Shown: positions 28,856-37,416, numbered from the stretch's first letter. The stretch is DNA of 64,000 nt from an uncultured Candidatus Saccharibacteria bacterium (GCA_964650645.1 CAZYUH010000001.1:15373-79372); one strand, 5' to 3'. Notes: a model not told the origin generated them from the sequence alone. Program-made: numbers and translations.

Positions 28856-28889
28856 AAAAGGGCAACACATATTGTGTTGCCCTTTTTTC
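28856..28889. terminator. bidirectional terminator between the convergent kinase and HAD genes
   Basis: AAAAGGGCAACACatatTGTGTTGCCCTTTTTT. Confidence 0.65.
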
Positions 28890-29616
28890 ATTTTGCGAGT
28901 AGTTCATCTTCGATAAACTTCGCTATATCTTGCGCTGCATAGTCGCACCATTCGGGTGCGATCTCATATTCTTCATCGGTGTGCAAATCCACGAAACCGG
29001 ATTCACTCAAACCATTACCAACAAGCACCGTACAGAATCCCACCTCCTTGGCAGTCTTCAAGCTGGAAGGGATATCGTCAAACATCCAAATATCCTCCGG
29101 CGGGACATCGAGCCGTTTGATTGTGGCGGCATACACTTCCCGGTGCGGTTTACGGATAAAATTGTTATCTTCGACCGTAAACACGTTGGCAATGTGATCC
29201 TGTAGTCCCAAATGAGAGAGCCCTCGAAGCACGAAAGAGCGATTCGAGTTCGAAAAGACATAGAGTGGCACCCTGCGCGCCAGATGCTCAAGAGCTCTTC
29301 GAAGATTCGGTTTCGGAAACATCATACTAACATCGAGGCTGCCGTAGAGTTCTTCGTAAAACTCAAAAGGATCAACTTTGTGATGTTCCTGCAAGCCAAG
29401 GATGCTTGAGCGGTATTCCGTGCGATACTGGTGCAAAAGCTTTTGAACATCCTTTTCAGGGAGATTCAGCCTTTTCTGCGCGCACATGCGAAATCGCTGT
29501 TTAATCTGACTCTCGATACCAGCACTCGACGGATACAGCGTTCCGTCAAAGTCAAAAATGATTATCTTTGCTTCCCGCTTCAACCTTGACCACTCTTCAG
29601 GTATATTGCCGCTCAT
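28888..29616 (-). CDS. HAD-superfamily hydrolase (pyrimidine 5'-nucleotidase-like)
   Basis: 242 aa. Motif I IIFDFDGTLY, motif II VFSNS, Lys motif, motif IV MFDDIPSS. Confidence 0.7.
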   Translation of the reverse strand: MSGNIPEEWSRLKREAKIIIFDFDGTLYPSSAGIESQIKQRFRMCAQKRLNLPEKDVQKLLHQYRTEYRSSILGLQEHHKVDPFEFYEELYGSLDVSMMFPKPNLRRALEHLARRVPLYVFSNSNRSFVLRGLSHLGLQDHIANVFTVEDNNFIRKPHREVYAATIKRLDVPPEDIWMFDDIPSSLKTAKEVGFCTVLVGNGLSESGFVDLHTDEEYEIAPEWCDYAAQDIAKFIEDELLAK

Positions 29617-29828
29617 TTTCTAACCTCGTCTTTTCAGTTTCGGGTTATCAAAAAACATCTTTTACTGTAAAATATTCTACCCTGATTTTCATAATAAGCA
29701 ATGCGCGTCTAAAAGCACCTGCCGCACACCCCTTCCACATCCTCCAATATCCGCAATATTGTAAACGAACCTCTAACCACACAAAGACAAAAGAAGAAAA
29801 AGCGCCGGCCCTTGGGCCGGCGCTGCTT

Positions 29829-31013
29829 TTACCCGGGTACGAGGTCCCCGTTTATCTGCTTTACGACCTCCAGGACCGACTCGGCGTCGGTCTTGCCGCC
29901 CTTCACCGCCTCGTCGGCGATGATGACGACGCGGGGGTGGGTCATGCCGAACATGTAGAACAGGTACCACCCCTTGCGCCCCTCAACGGGCACGAGCCTG
30001 CGCACTATGGCCGCAAGCGACTGCCCCGCGAAGTCCTGCCCCCTTTTGCTCCCCACCAGGTAGTCGGTAAGCACCGACCCGCCCGCGAGTATGAAGAACC
30101 CGCGGTTGCCGCCGAAAAGGCCGGCGCGCAGGTCGGGCATACGGTCGCCCGCCGAGAGTGTCGTAAACTCCTCGGTCGGAATGCCGGTCGCATGCGCCAC
30201 GCGCCGGAGCACGTGGTTGAACGCCCCCTCCTTGGTAAGCCGCTTATGCGGCACCAGGTAGAGCTGGTAGCGGCCCTTAACCGGATTACTCTCGTCAATG
30301 AACTCGATAGAGCGGGCAATCCGGGCAAGCGACGCCTCCTTCGTGCAGGCGCGGTAGCGGCGTATCCGCTCGCGCACCAGCTTCTTCCACTCGCACCCGT
30401 CTACGCCGGGCTTGGCGGTTATCTCGAAGCGGCATTCGACCTCCTGGACGTCAGCGAGGCCGTTCTTGTAATTGTCGGGTTCCTCAAGATGCGAGAAGCC
30501 GCCGCGTATCAGATTGTCCGCATCCACGTACTCGAGCAGGAGCCGGACGGAGCGCTTCCAATGCTCCCGCTCCACTTCGTAGCGAGCATAGTACTCCTTG
30601 TCCGGGTAATACGCGCCGTTGCGCCGTATCCATATCCCTTCCCCGATGCTGTGTATCGCATCAGGGTCGGCCAGATGGGCGTATTTGCGCATGGTAGAGA
30701 GCGGCCGGCACACGCGCCTGCCGTTCTCCGTAGAGCATTTCGGCTCGAGCCGGGAAAACCCGGCCTTCCGCGACGCGGCGAGCGCGCCCTCGCTCATGCA
30801 GAGCTCGGGCGTGCGCGCCGTTGTCAGGACGTATCCGCCGTGCGTCTCAAGAATCTCCCGTATTTCGCGCCGGGCCCCAAGCTCCGCATCGGACGGGTAG
30901 TCCGAATACGAGGAAAGAGTCCCGTCTATATCCAGCAAAGAAATAAGCCTGCTCCTTCCCGCTTTTTCCGCAAGATCAGTATGAGCGTATGCACATTCGC
31001 CTCGTGCAAGCAT
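29829..31013 (-). CDS. hypothetical protein with N-terminal HAD-like DxDGT motif
   Basis: 394 aa from MLARGE. AAGGA ribosome-binding site. LLDIDGTLS motif. The upstream in-frame extension is antisense to tsaD and probably non-coding. Confidence 0.45.
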   Translation of the reverse strand: MLARGECAYAHTDLAEKAGRSRLISLLDIDGTLSSYSDYPSDAELGARREIREILETHGGYVLTTARTPELCMSEGALAASRKAGFSRLEPKCSTENGRRVCRPLSTMRKYAHLADPDAIHSIGEGIWIRRNGAYYPDKEYYARYEVEREHWKRSVRLLLEYVDADNLIRGGFSHLEEPDNYKNGLADVQEVECRFEITAKPGVDGCEWKKLVRERIRRYRACTKEASLARIARSIEFIDESNPVKGRYQLYLVPHKRLTKEGAFNHVLRRVAHATGIPTEEFTTLSAGDRMPDLRAGLFGGNRGFFILAGGSVLTDYLVGSKRGQDFAGQSLAAIVRRLVPVEGRKGWYLFYMFGMTHPRVVIIADEAVKGGKTDAESVLEVVKQINGDLVPG

Positions 31014-31155
31014 CCTTAGTTCCCCCGTAAGGTACGTGCAGCCCCCATAGGCTGCCCCACAGGCGAGCCTACACCCGAATGCCTGATAAATCCATGAAGA
31101 CGCCAGGCACCCGATACGCCATTGAAATCCGCGCTTTTTGCCGTATTCTTGCGCT

Positions 31156-32235
31156 ATGCGCCTGCTTGCGATAGAAACCTCCTGCGACGAGACCGGCATC
31201 GCCCTTTTGGAAGGCCGGAATGCGGGCGACACGCTCGAAATCACGACCGTTAAAGCGGCTCTTTTGTCGCAGGCGAACCTGCACGCCGAATACGGCGGCG
31301 TATTCCCCACGCTCGCCAAGCGCGAGCACACAAAGAACCTGCCAGCGCTGTTTGAAGGGTTCAAGGGCGAGCGGTTCGACGCCGTCGCCGTAACGCACGG
31401 CCCCGGGCTTGAGCCCGCGCTCTGGACCGGCATCGAGTTCGCGAAAGCGCTCGCAAAGGAGCGCGGCGTGCCGCTCCTGCCCGTCAACCATATGGAGGGG
31501 CACATCATATCCTCGCTTGCGGAGCGCACCGGCGACGTCGCGCGCATGCGCGGCGTGCAGTTCCCGGTGCTTGCCCTGCTTGTCTCGGGCGGCCACACCG
31601 AGTTCGCGCTCAGCCGCGCGTGGTTTGAGTACGAGCTGCTGGGCCGCACGCTCGATGACGCCGTGGGCGAGGCGTTCGACAAGGTGGCGCGCATGCTCAA
31701 CCTGCCGTACCCGGGCGGGCCCGAGATATCGAAGCTTGCCGCAACCGCCCGCCAGAGTGGAGTGATATATCAATCCACTGCGCCAAAACTGCCGCGCCCG
31801 ATGCTTCATACCGACTCCTGCGACGTCTCGTTCTCGGGGCTCAAGACCGCCGTGCTGTACGCCCTGCGCGATTTGGGCGGCATCCAAGCGCTTTCAGGCG
31901 AGCAGGCGGCGGCGGTCGCCGCCGAGTTCGAGGACGCGGTCGCCGAGGTGCTGGTGGCCAAGTCGCGCCGCGCATTGAATGAGTCAGGCGCGAAGACGTT
32001 CGTCATCGGCGGCGGCGTGGCGGCCAACCGCTACCTGCGCGAAGAATTGCAGAAAATGGTCCTCGACGAGTTCCCCGACGTCGACTTCAGGCTCCCGCAC
32101 CTCTCCATTACCGGCGACAACGCGGTCATGATCGGCGAAGCAGCCATGGCGCACCTTCTTTTAAACGATTGGCAGCTCGATTCATCAAGGTTCAACCTTG
32201 ATATTAAGGCGCAAGGCAGCCTTTCTCTTGCCTAA
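31156..32235 (+). CDS. tsaD: tRNA N6-adenosine threonylcarbamoyltransferase
   Basis: About 360 aa. LAIETSCDETG, HMEGH, and Kae1/TsaD family pattern throughout. Confidence 0.9.
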   Translation: MRLLAIETSCDETGIALLEGRNAGDTLEITTVKAALLSQANLHAEYGGVFPTLAKREHTKNLPALFEGFKGERFDAVAVTHGPGLEPALWTGIEFAKALAKERGVPLLPVNHMEGHIISSLAERTGDVARMRGVQFPVLALLVSGGHTEFALSRAWFEYELLGRTLDDAVGEAFDKVARMLNLPYPGGPEISKLAATARQSGVIYQSTAPKLPRPMLHTDSCDVSFSGLKTAVLYALRDLGGIQALSGEQAAAVAAEFEDAVAEVLVAKSRRALNESGAKTFVIGGGVAANRYLREELQKMVLDEFPDVDFRLPHLSITGDNAVMIGEAAMAHLLLNDWQLDSSRFNLDIKAQGSLSLA

Positions 32236-32258
32236 AAAGTGTTGTAAAGTAAGGCCGT

Positions 32259-34415
32259 ATGGCAGTGCCGGACAAATTCTTAAAGCCCTACGACGCGCAG
32301 GGCGCCGAGGATTCCATATATAAGGAATGGGAGGAATCGGGCTACTTCAACCCCGACAACCTTCCCCCCGTAGACGGCCACGAGCGCACCGAGCCGTTTT
32401 CAATCGTCCTGCCGCCGCCCAACGTTACCGGCACGCTCCACCTAGGCCACGCCTCGATGCTCGCCATAGAGGATATCCTGGTGCGCTTCAAGCGCATGCA
32501 GGGCTACAAGGCGCTCTGGCTGCCCGGCACCGACTCGGCCGCGATAGCCACGCAGAGCAAGGTCGAGAAGGAAGTGCAGAAAGCCGAGGGCAAATCGCGC
32601 CACGACCTGGGCCGCGAAGAGCTGTTAAAGCGCATTGACGCTTTCGCGAAAGGGAGCGAGAGCACCATCATCAATCAGGTAAAGCGCATGGGCTCGAGCC
32701 TCGACTGGAGCCGCTACGCCTACACGCTCGACGAGAAGCGCTACGCCGCGGTCATGGAGGCGTTTTGCGCCATGCACGAAGCGGGGCTCATCTACCGCGG
32801 CACGCGCATCGTCAACTGGGACCCGAAGGGCCAGACGACCATTTCAGACGACGAGATAGTGCACGAGGAGCGCACCGCGAAGCTCGTCACGTTCAAGTAC
32901 TCGAAGGACTTCCCCATCCCGGTGGCGACGACGCGCCTTGAGACGAAAGTCGGCGACGTCGCGGTCGCGGTGCACCCCGACGACGCGCGCTACAAGGAGT
33001 TCGTGGGGCGCGAGTACGACGCGGTCTTCTGCGGCGTGCCCGTGCATATACAGGTCGTTGCCGACAAGGATGTGGACCCGGCATTCGGCACGGGCGCCTT
33101 GGGCGTCACCCCGGCTCACTCCGCGGCCGACTGGGACATAGCCGAGCGCCACGGCATTGCGCGCAGGCCGCAGGTTATAAACGAGTACGCCAAGATGACC
33201 GTCGAGGGGCCGCTCAATGGGAAGAAGGTCTTGGAGGCGCGCGCGACAGTGCTCGAGTGGCTCAAGGCCGAGGGGCTTTTTATAGAGGAGAAAGACGTCC
33301 AGCAGAACGTCTCGACCGCCGAGCGCACCGGCGGCATTATCGAGCCCCTGCCCAAGCTCCAGTGGTTCATCGACGTCAACGCACCCGTAGCCGCGCGCGG
33401 CGGCCGCTCGCTCAAGGAGATAATGCGCGGCGCGGTGTCCTCGGGCGACATAGCCATCACGCCCGCGCATTTCGAGAAGATATACATGCACTGGATAGAC
33501 AATCTGCGCGACTGGTGCATCTCGCGCCAAATCTGGTTCGGGCACCGCATCCCCGTCTGGTACAAGGACGGCGAGATGAAAGTGCAGGCGCAAAGCCCCG
33601 GCGAAGGGTGGGAGCAGGACCCGGACACGCTCGACACATGGTTTTCTTCCGGACTCTGGACGTTTTCCACGCTCGGCTGGCCCGAAGAAACCGCCGACCT
33701 CAAGACGTACCACCCCACCTCGGTCCTGGAGACCGGGTACGACATACTCTTCTTCTGGGTGGCGCGCATGGTGCTTATGAGCGGATTCTTCTTGGGCGAT
33801 GTTCCCTTCAAGAACGTGTACCTCCACGGGCTGGTGCGCGACGGCCAGGGGCGCAAGATGTCCAAGAGCCTCGGCAACATCATCGACCCCTTGGACATGA
33901 TAGCCAAGTACGGCGCCGACGCGGTGCGGCTTTCGCTCATTATGGGCGCGGCGCCCGGCAACGACATACGCCTCGACGAGAACCGCATCCGCGGCTACAA
34001 GAACTTCGCCAACAAGGTGTGGAACATCGCGCGCTTCGTGCTTGAGAGCGCAGAGGCCGCAGGCGCCGACACCAACTCATCCATTGCGCCCGAGGACGAG
34101 CATGTTGTAACAGAGGCGCGCACGGCCGCAGCGGCGGTTGCCAAGCACATAAACAGCTTCAGGCTCGACTTGGCCGCCGACGCCGCCTACCAGTTCATCT
34201 GGAGCCGCTTCGCCGACCAGATACTCGAAGAGAGCAAGCCTCTCATAAAAGGCGCCGATTCCGCGCGCGCCGCATCGCGCGCGCAGGCGCTCCTCCAGGC
34301 GCTCGGCATCATCCTCAAGACGCTCCACCCGTTCATGCCGTTCGTCACCGAGGAAATCTGGAAAGACATGCCCGGCCGCCGCGGCCTCCTCATGGTCGAG
34401 CAGTGGCCCGCATAG
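32259..34415 (+). CDS. valS: class I aminoacyl-tRNA synthetase, valyl-tRNA synthetase-like
   Basis: 718 aa. PPPNVTGTLHLGHA (HIGH region), KMSKSLGN. ValRS-like editing/insertion layout, shorter than canonical with no C-terminal coiled coil. Confidence 0.7.
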   Translation: MAVPDKFLKPYDAQGAEDSIYKEWEESGYFNPDNLPPVDGHERTEPFSIVLPPPNVTGTLHLGHASMLAIEDILVRFKRMQGYKALWLPGTDSAAIATQSKVEKEVQKAEGKSRHDLGREELLKRIDAFAKGSESTIINQVKRMGSSLDWSRYAYTLDEKRYAAVMEAFCAMHEAGLIYRGTRIVNWDPKGQTTISDDEIVHEERTAKLVTFKYSKDFPIPVATTRLETKVGDVAVAVHPDDARYKEFVGREYDAVFCGVPVHIQVVADKDVDPAFGTGALGVTPAHSAADWDIAERHGIARRPQVINEYAKMTVEGPLNGKKVLEARATVLEWLKAEGLFIEEKDVQQNVSTAERTGGIIEPLPKLQWFIDVNAPVAARGGRSLKEIMRGAVSSGDIAITPAHFEKIYMHWIDNLRDWCISRQIWFGHRIPVWYKDGEMKVQAQSPGEGWEQDPDTLDTWFSSGLWTFSTLGWPEETADLKTYHPTSVLETGYDILFFWVARMVLMSGFFLGDVPFKNVYLHGLVRDGQGRKMSKSLGNIIDPLDMIAKYGADAVRLSLIMGAAPGNDIRLDENRIRGYKNFANKVWNIARFVLESAEAAGADTNSSIAPEDEHVVTEARTAAAAVAKHINSFRLDLAADAAYQFIWSRFADQILEESKPLIKGADSARAASRAQALLQALGIILKTLHPFMPFVTEEIWKDMPGRRGLLMVEQWPA

Positions 34416-34463
34416 GCGGTTCTGCACAGGCCCTTGGCGCGCGGCGCGTGCTACAATCTCGGC

Positions 34464-35150
34464 ATGTCCGGAGCGGTCTTTCTCATCGCGGCACTGGGAG
34501 GCCTGCTCCCGGCGCTCTTGTGGCTCGCCTTCTGGCTCATGGAAGACCGTTGCGAGCCGGAGCCTAAGCGCTACCTGTTCTTCTGCTTTTTGGCGGGCAT
34601 GGCGGCCGTGCCGCTCGTCCTGCCGCTTGAAACGGCCGCCGACATCTACCTGGACGGCTCCCAGCTCCTGCTCGCATGGGCCGTCATAGAGGAGCTTCTG
34701 AAGTTCGGCGCGGCCTACCTGGCGGCGTTGCGCTTCCGCGTGTTCGACGAGCCGCTCGACGGCGTTATTTACCTTGTCACGGCGGCGCTCGGCTTCTCGG
34801 CGCTCGAGAACGCGCTTTTCCTTGTAGACCCGGCGAGCGCGGGCGACGCCCTGCGCATGCTGGTCATGGGCGACCTGCGCTTTATCGGCGCGTCGCTCCT
34901 GCACGTCCTCGCGTCGGCCACCATCGGCATCAGCCTCGCGCTCTCGTTCCACCAGAGCGCCGCCAAGCGGCGCCTTGCGGCCGCGATAGGAGTTATCCTC
35001 GCCGTTTCATTGCATGCGCTCTTCAATTTACTTATACTTACTAGCGGCAGCGGGAAAATATTTCTCGTCTTCCTCGCTCTCTGGCTCGGCATCGTGGCCC
35101 TTCTTTTCGCGATTGAACAGGTCAAGCAGCCGGCGCGGGACTACTGTTAA
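34464..35150 (+). CDS. PrsW-family intramembrane protease-like protein
   Basis: About 228 aa polytopic membrane protein. EELLKFGAAY (EExxK) and FxxxH-like LHVLASATIG motifs. Confidence 0.55.
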   Translation: MSGAVFLIAALGGLLPALLWLAFWLMEDRCEPEPKRYLFFCFLAGMAAVPLVLPLETAADIYLDGSQLLLAWAVIEELLKFGAAYLAALRFRVFDEPLDGVIYLVTAALGFSALENALFLVDPASAGDALRMLVMGDLRFIGASLLHVLASATIGISLALSFHQSAAKRRLAAAIGVILAVSLHALFNLLILTSGSGKIFLVFLALWLGIVALLFAIEQVKQPARDYC

Positions 35151-35177
35151 TCGCTAATACGCATCCAAGCATCATTT

Positions 35178-35693
35178 ATGGCACGAGACAGGCGATCCTT
35201 GTTCGAGTGGCTCACGGGAAGCCAGGGCGAAAGCGACTATTCCTTCGACGAGCTCGAGCAGGGCGGCTCCTCGTACTCCCCCGTGACCGTGCGCGCGAAC
35301 AAGCACGTGCCCATACACCACGCGGAACAGCCCGCCTTCATGGCGGAGCCCCAGGAGGAGCCCGCCGGCGAGCTCGCGGTGGACGTCTATCAGACTCCCA
35401 CCCATATAATCATCAAGGCCATGATAGCCGGCGTGAAGCCAGACGATTTGGACGTGTCCATTACCCGCGACATGGTGACCATCCGCGGCAAGCGCGAACG
35501 CCACACCGAGGGCAATGCGGGCGACTTCTTCTTCCAGGAGCTGTACTGGGGCGCGTTCAGCCGCACCATCGTCCTGCCGCAGGAGGTTGAGATTGAGGAG
35601 GCCGAGGCTTCCGAGAAGCACGGCCTGCTTACCGTGCGCCTCCCCAAGCTCGACAAGGGCCGCCAAGCCAAGCTCAAGGTCAAATCGAACTAA
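35178..35693 (+). CDS. Hsp20/alpha-crystallin small heat-shock protein
   Basis: 171 aa. ELAVDVYQT...I.A...G.....DV.I....V.I.G.R....E......E...G.F.R...LP alpha-crystallin domain. Confidence 0.85.
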   Translation: MARDRRSLFEWLTGSQGESDYSFDELEQGGSSYSPVTVRANKHVPIHHAEQPAFMAEPQEEPAGELAVDVYQTPTHIIIKAMIAGVKPDDLDVSITRDMVTIRGKRERHTEGNAGDFFFQELYWGAFSRTIVLPQEVEIEEAEASEKHGLLTVRLPKLDKGRQAKLKVKSN

Positions 35694-35694
35694 G

Positions 35695-35722
35695 GAGAAT
35701 CCCGCCGGAAGGCGGGATTCTC
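35695..35722 (+). terminator. hairpin after hsp20
   Basis: GAGAATCCCGCCggaaGGCGGGATTCTC perfect 12-bp stem; weak U-tract. Confidence 0.45.
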
Positions 35723-35759
35723 AATCCCTTTATGCTCCCCTGCCACGGCTGGGCGGTTT

Positions 35760-35902
35760 TTTTGCTTTCTTGATCACAACTCAAGATTTGCCGTCGCAAA
35801 TCTTGGTCGCGATCCCGGCTCGCGGTTTTGCCATTGCAAAACATCGCTCCGCCTCACAAGATCGCAGAAAACCCGCCACATGGCGGGTTTTCTGTCTCCT
35901 TG
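35760..35902 (-). repeat. tRNA-trailer conserved multi-hairpin element (copy downstream of tRNA-Phe)
   Basis: On the minus strand: GAAAACCCGCCatgtGGCGGGTTTTCTGC terminator, then GGAGCGATGTTTTGCAatgGCAAAACCGCGAgccgggaTCGCG, then GATTTGCgacgGCAAATC. Confidence 0.7.
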
Positions 35903-35975
35903 TGCTTGGGGCCGGGCTCGAACCGGCGACATCTTCCTCTTCAGGGAAGCGCTCTACCAACTGAGCTACCCAAGC
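35903..35975 (-). tRNA. tRNA-Phe (anticodon GAA)
   Basis: GCTTGGG/CCCAAGC acceptor, D-arm AGCTCAGTTGGTAGAGC, anticodon loop CTGAAGA, T-loop GGTTCGAGCCC. Confidence 0.9.
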
Positions 35976-36018
35976 AATGAGGCCAGTTTAGCAAAATACG
36001 GGGCTTTAAGCCACTCCC

Positions 36019-36309
36019 CTACGGCCTCGTCGAAGTCCCGAAATACTGCCCGAAGAAGCCGCTTACCTGCTGCTGGAAGTCCTGCGCCGAGCCGTAGGCG
36101 TCCGCAACCTGCCTGACATACGGCTGGACGTACGTGTAGTAGGAATAGGCCGACACGCCGAGCACGAGGAGCCACCACACGACGCTCGCAAGGGTGTGCA
36201 TGCGCTGGCTGCGGCGCATGGAGCGCACCATCTTGTTGGTGTCGGCATTAAGGGCGGCCTGGCGCCTCACCAGCTCCTTGAGCTCCTGCATGTCCAGATC
36301 GTTCTCCAT
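36019..36309 (-). CDS. small membrane protein (hypothetical)
   Basis: 96 aa with one TM helix (LASVVWWLLVLGVSAYSYYTYV). Confidence 0.35.
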   Translation of the reverse strand: MENDLDMQELKELVRRQAALNADTNKMVRSMRRSQRMHTLASVVWWLLVLGVSAYSYYTYVQPYVRQVADAYGSAQDFQQQVSGFFGQYFGTSTRP

Positions 36310-36332
36310 AAGCGTATGCTACCACGGCCGCG

Positions 36333-36485
36333 CTAGAGCCCCAGGAGCGCCGCGGCGGCCTGCGCCTTCTGCATGTAAAACCCGTGGATGCCGCTCCAGT
36401 ACCACCCGGTAGCCGCAAGCGCGAGGCACAGCCCCAGCGTAAGGTGCCACAAGGGCGCTTTCTTGCGTTTTTGAGTCTTCTTCAT
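36333..36485 (-). CDS. candidate 50-aa membrane peptide (below ORF-track cutoff)
   Basis: MKKTQKRKKAPLWHLTLGLCLALAATGWYWSGIHGFYMQKAQAAAALLGL read by hand from the minus strand; tandem with the previous ORF. Confidence 0.25.
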   Translation of the reverse strand: MKKTQKRKKAPLWHLTLGLCLALAATGWYWSGIHGFYMQKAQAAAALLGL

Positions 36486-36509
36486 GTACCAAGTATACTA
36501 CCCAAGTGC

Positions 36510-36581
36510 GCCCTCGTAGCTCAATGGATAGAGCTACTCCGTCCTAAGGAGAAGATGTGGGTTCGATTCCTGCCGAGGGCA
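36510..36581 (+). tRNA. tRNA-Arg (anticodon CCT)
   Basis: GCCCTCG/CGAGGGC acceptor, D-arm AGCTCAATGGATAGAGC, anticodon loop GTCCTAA, T-loop GGTTCGATTCC. Confidence 0.85.
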
Positions 36582-36589
36582 CAAGATAG

Positions 36590-36665
36590 GAAAAGCAAAC
36601 TGCTTTGCTTTTTCGCGTACTTGTGCCGGGCGGAGCGTTGGCGTGCACTTGCACGGCCCGCGACC
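36590..36665 (+). repeat. tRNA-trailer element (module 2 copy downstream of tRNA-Arg)
   Basis: AAAAGCAAActgcTTTGCTTTTTcgcgtacttgtgccgGGCGGAGCGTTGGcGTGCacttGCACgg; about 80% identical to Val-trailer module 2. Confidence 0.65.
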
Positions 36666-36672
36666 GCCACAC

Positions 36673-36912
36673 CTACGCCTCGACCCCGAGCTTTGCCGCC
36701 ACCTTTGCGCGGTCGAAGCCGACCATGAGCTCGTCGCCTATCTGGATGACCGGCACGCCCAGCTGGCCGGTGAGCTGTATCATCTCCTCGCGCTTGGCTG
36801 CATCAGTAGAGACGTCGTAGCCGGTGTACTGCACGTTCTTCTCAGCAAAGAATTCCTTGGCCATCGTGCAGAAATGGCAGGTCGGGGTGGTGTAGATGGT
36901 TACGTTTTTCAT
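36673..36912 (-). CDS. glutaredoxin/NrdH-like redoxin
   Basis: 79 aa. CHFC active site near the N-terminus, thioredoxin fold pattern (VP.I.IGD). Confidence 0.75.
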   Translation of the reverse strand: MKNVTIYTTPTCHFCTMAKEFFAEKNVQYTGYDVSTDAAKREEMIQLTGQLGVPVIQIGDELMVGFDRAKVAAKLGVEA

Positions 36913-36948
36913 AAATGTAGTATATCATCCTAACTGTCAGGTCAACAA

Positions 36949-37019
36949 GCGGGATTAGTTCAGTGGCAGAACGAGTGCTTCCCAAGCATTAGGCGCGAGT
37001 CCGATTCTCGCATCCCGCA
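36949..37019 (+). tRNA. tRNA-Gly (anticodon CCC)
   Basis: GCGGGAT/ATCCCGC acceptor, anticodon loop TTCCCAA. T-loop reads TCCGATT (C at position 55 instead of the usual T), so slightly atypical. Confidence 0.7.
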
Positions 37020-37023
37020 CCCT

Positions 37024-37416
37024 TTACCACACGAAGAGCGCCCGGAATATCTTTTGGAATATGTTGGGCTCCTTGGGAGCGCTCGGCGTCGTGGACGCCT
37101 CGCGCCGTATGATGTCAATCTGCCCCTCCCCGGGGCGGGCCACGCCGTAGCGCTCGCGCACGCCCGCCTCTATCCCCCGGCTTGAAACAAGGGCCGCAGC
37201 CGAGGCGCCGACCTGGCTCACCTGGCTTTTCAGGGCCTCCAGCTCGGCCTGCGCGGCCGCGTCGGCCTCGCTGGCGGCGGCGAACTTCCCGTACATGCCC
37301 CACGCGCCCTTTGCCGCGAAGAACGCCACCACCGCCAGCAAGAGCACGCCCAGGACGCCGAGCCCCACCCGGGTAATGTCCTGCCGCCCCGCCCGCCTGC
37401 GCCGGTAATCCCGCAT
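37024..37416 (-). CDS. septum-formation initiator-like protein (FtsB/DivIC-like)
   Basis: 130 aa from MRDYRRRR. Basic N-terminus, one TM helix, coiled-coil (AAQAELEALKSQVSQ). Upstream in-frame extension unlikely to be coding. Confidence 0.4.
   Translation of the reverse strand: MRDYRRRRAGRQDITRVGLGVLGVLLLAVVAFFAAKGAWGMYGKFAAASEADAAAQAELEALKSQVSQVGASAAALVSSRGIEAGVRERYGVARPGEGQIDIIRREASTTPSAPKEPNIFQKIFRALFVW

Noticed and set aside
29568-31019. 483-aa plus-strand ORF
   Set aside because: Antisense to the HAD-like gene 29829-31013. Composition is Arg/Ala/Pro-rich with no motifs.
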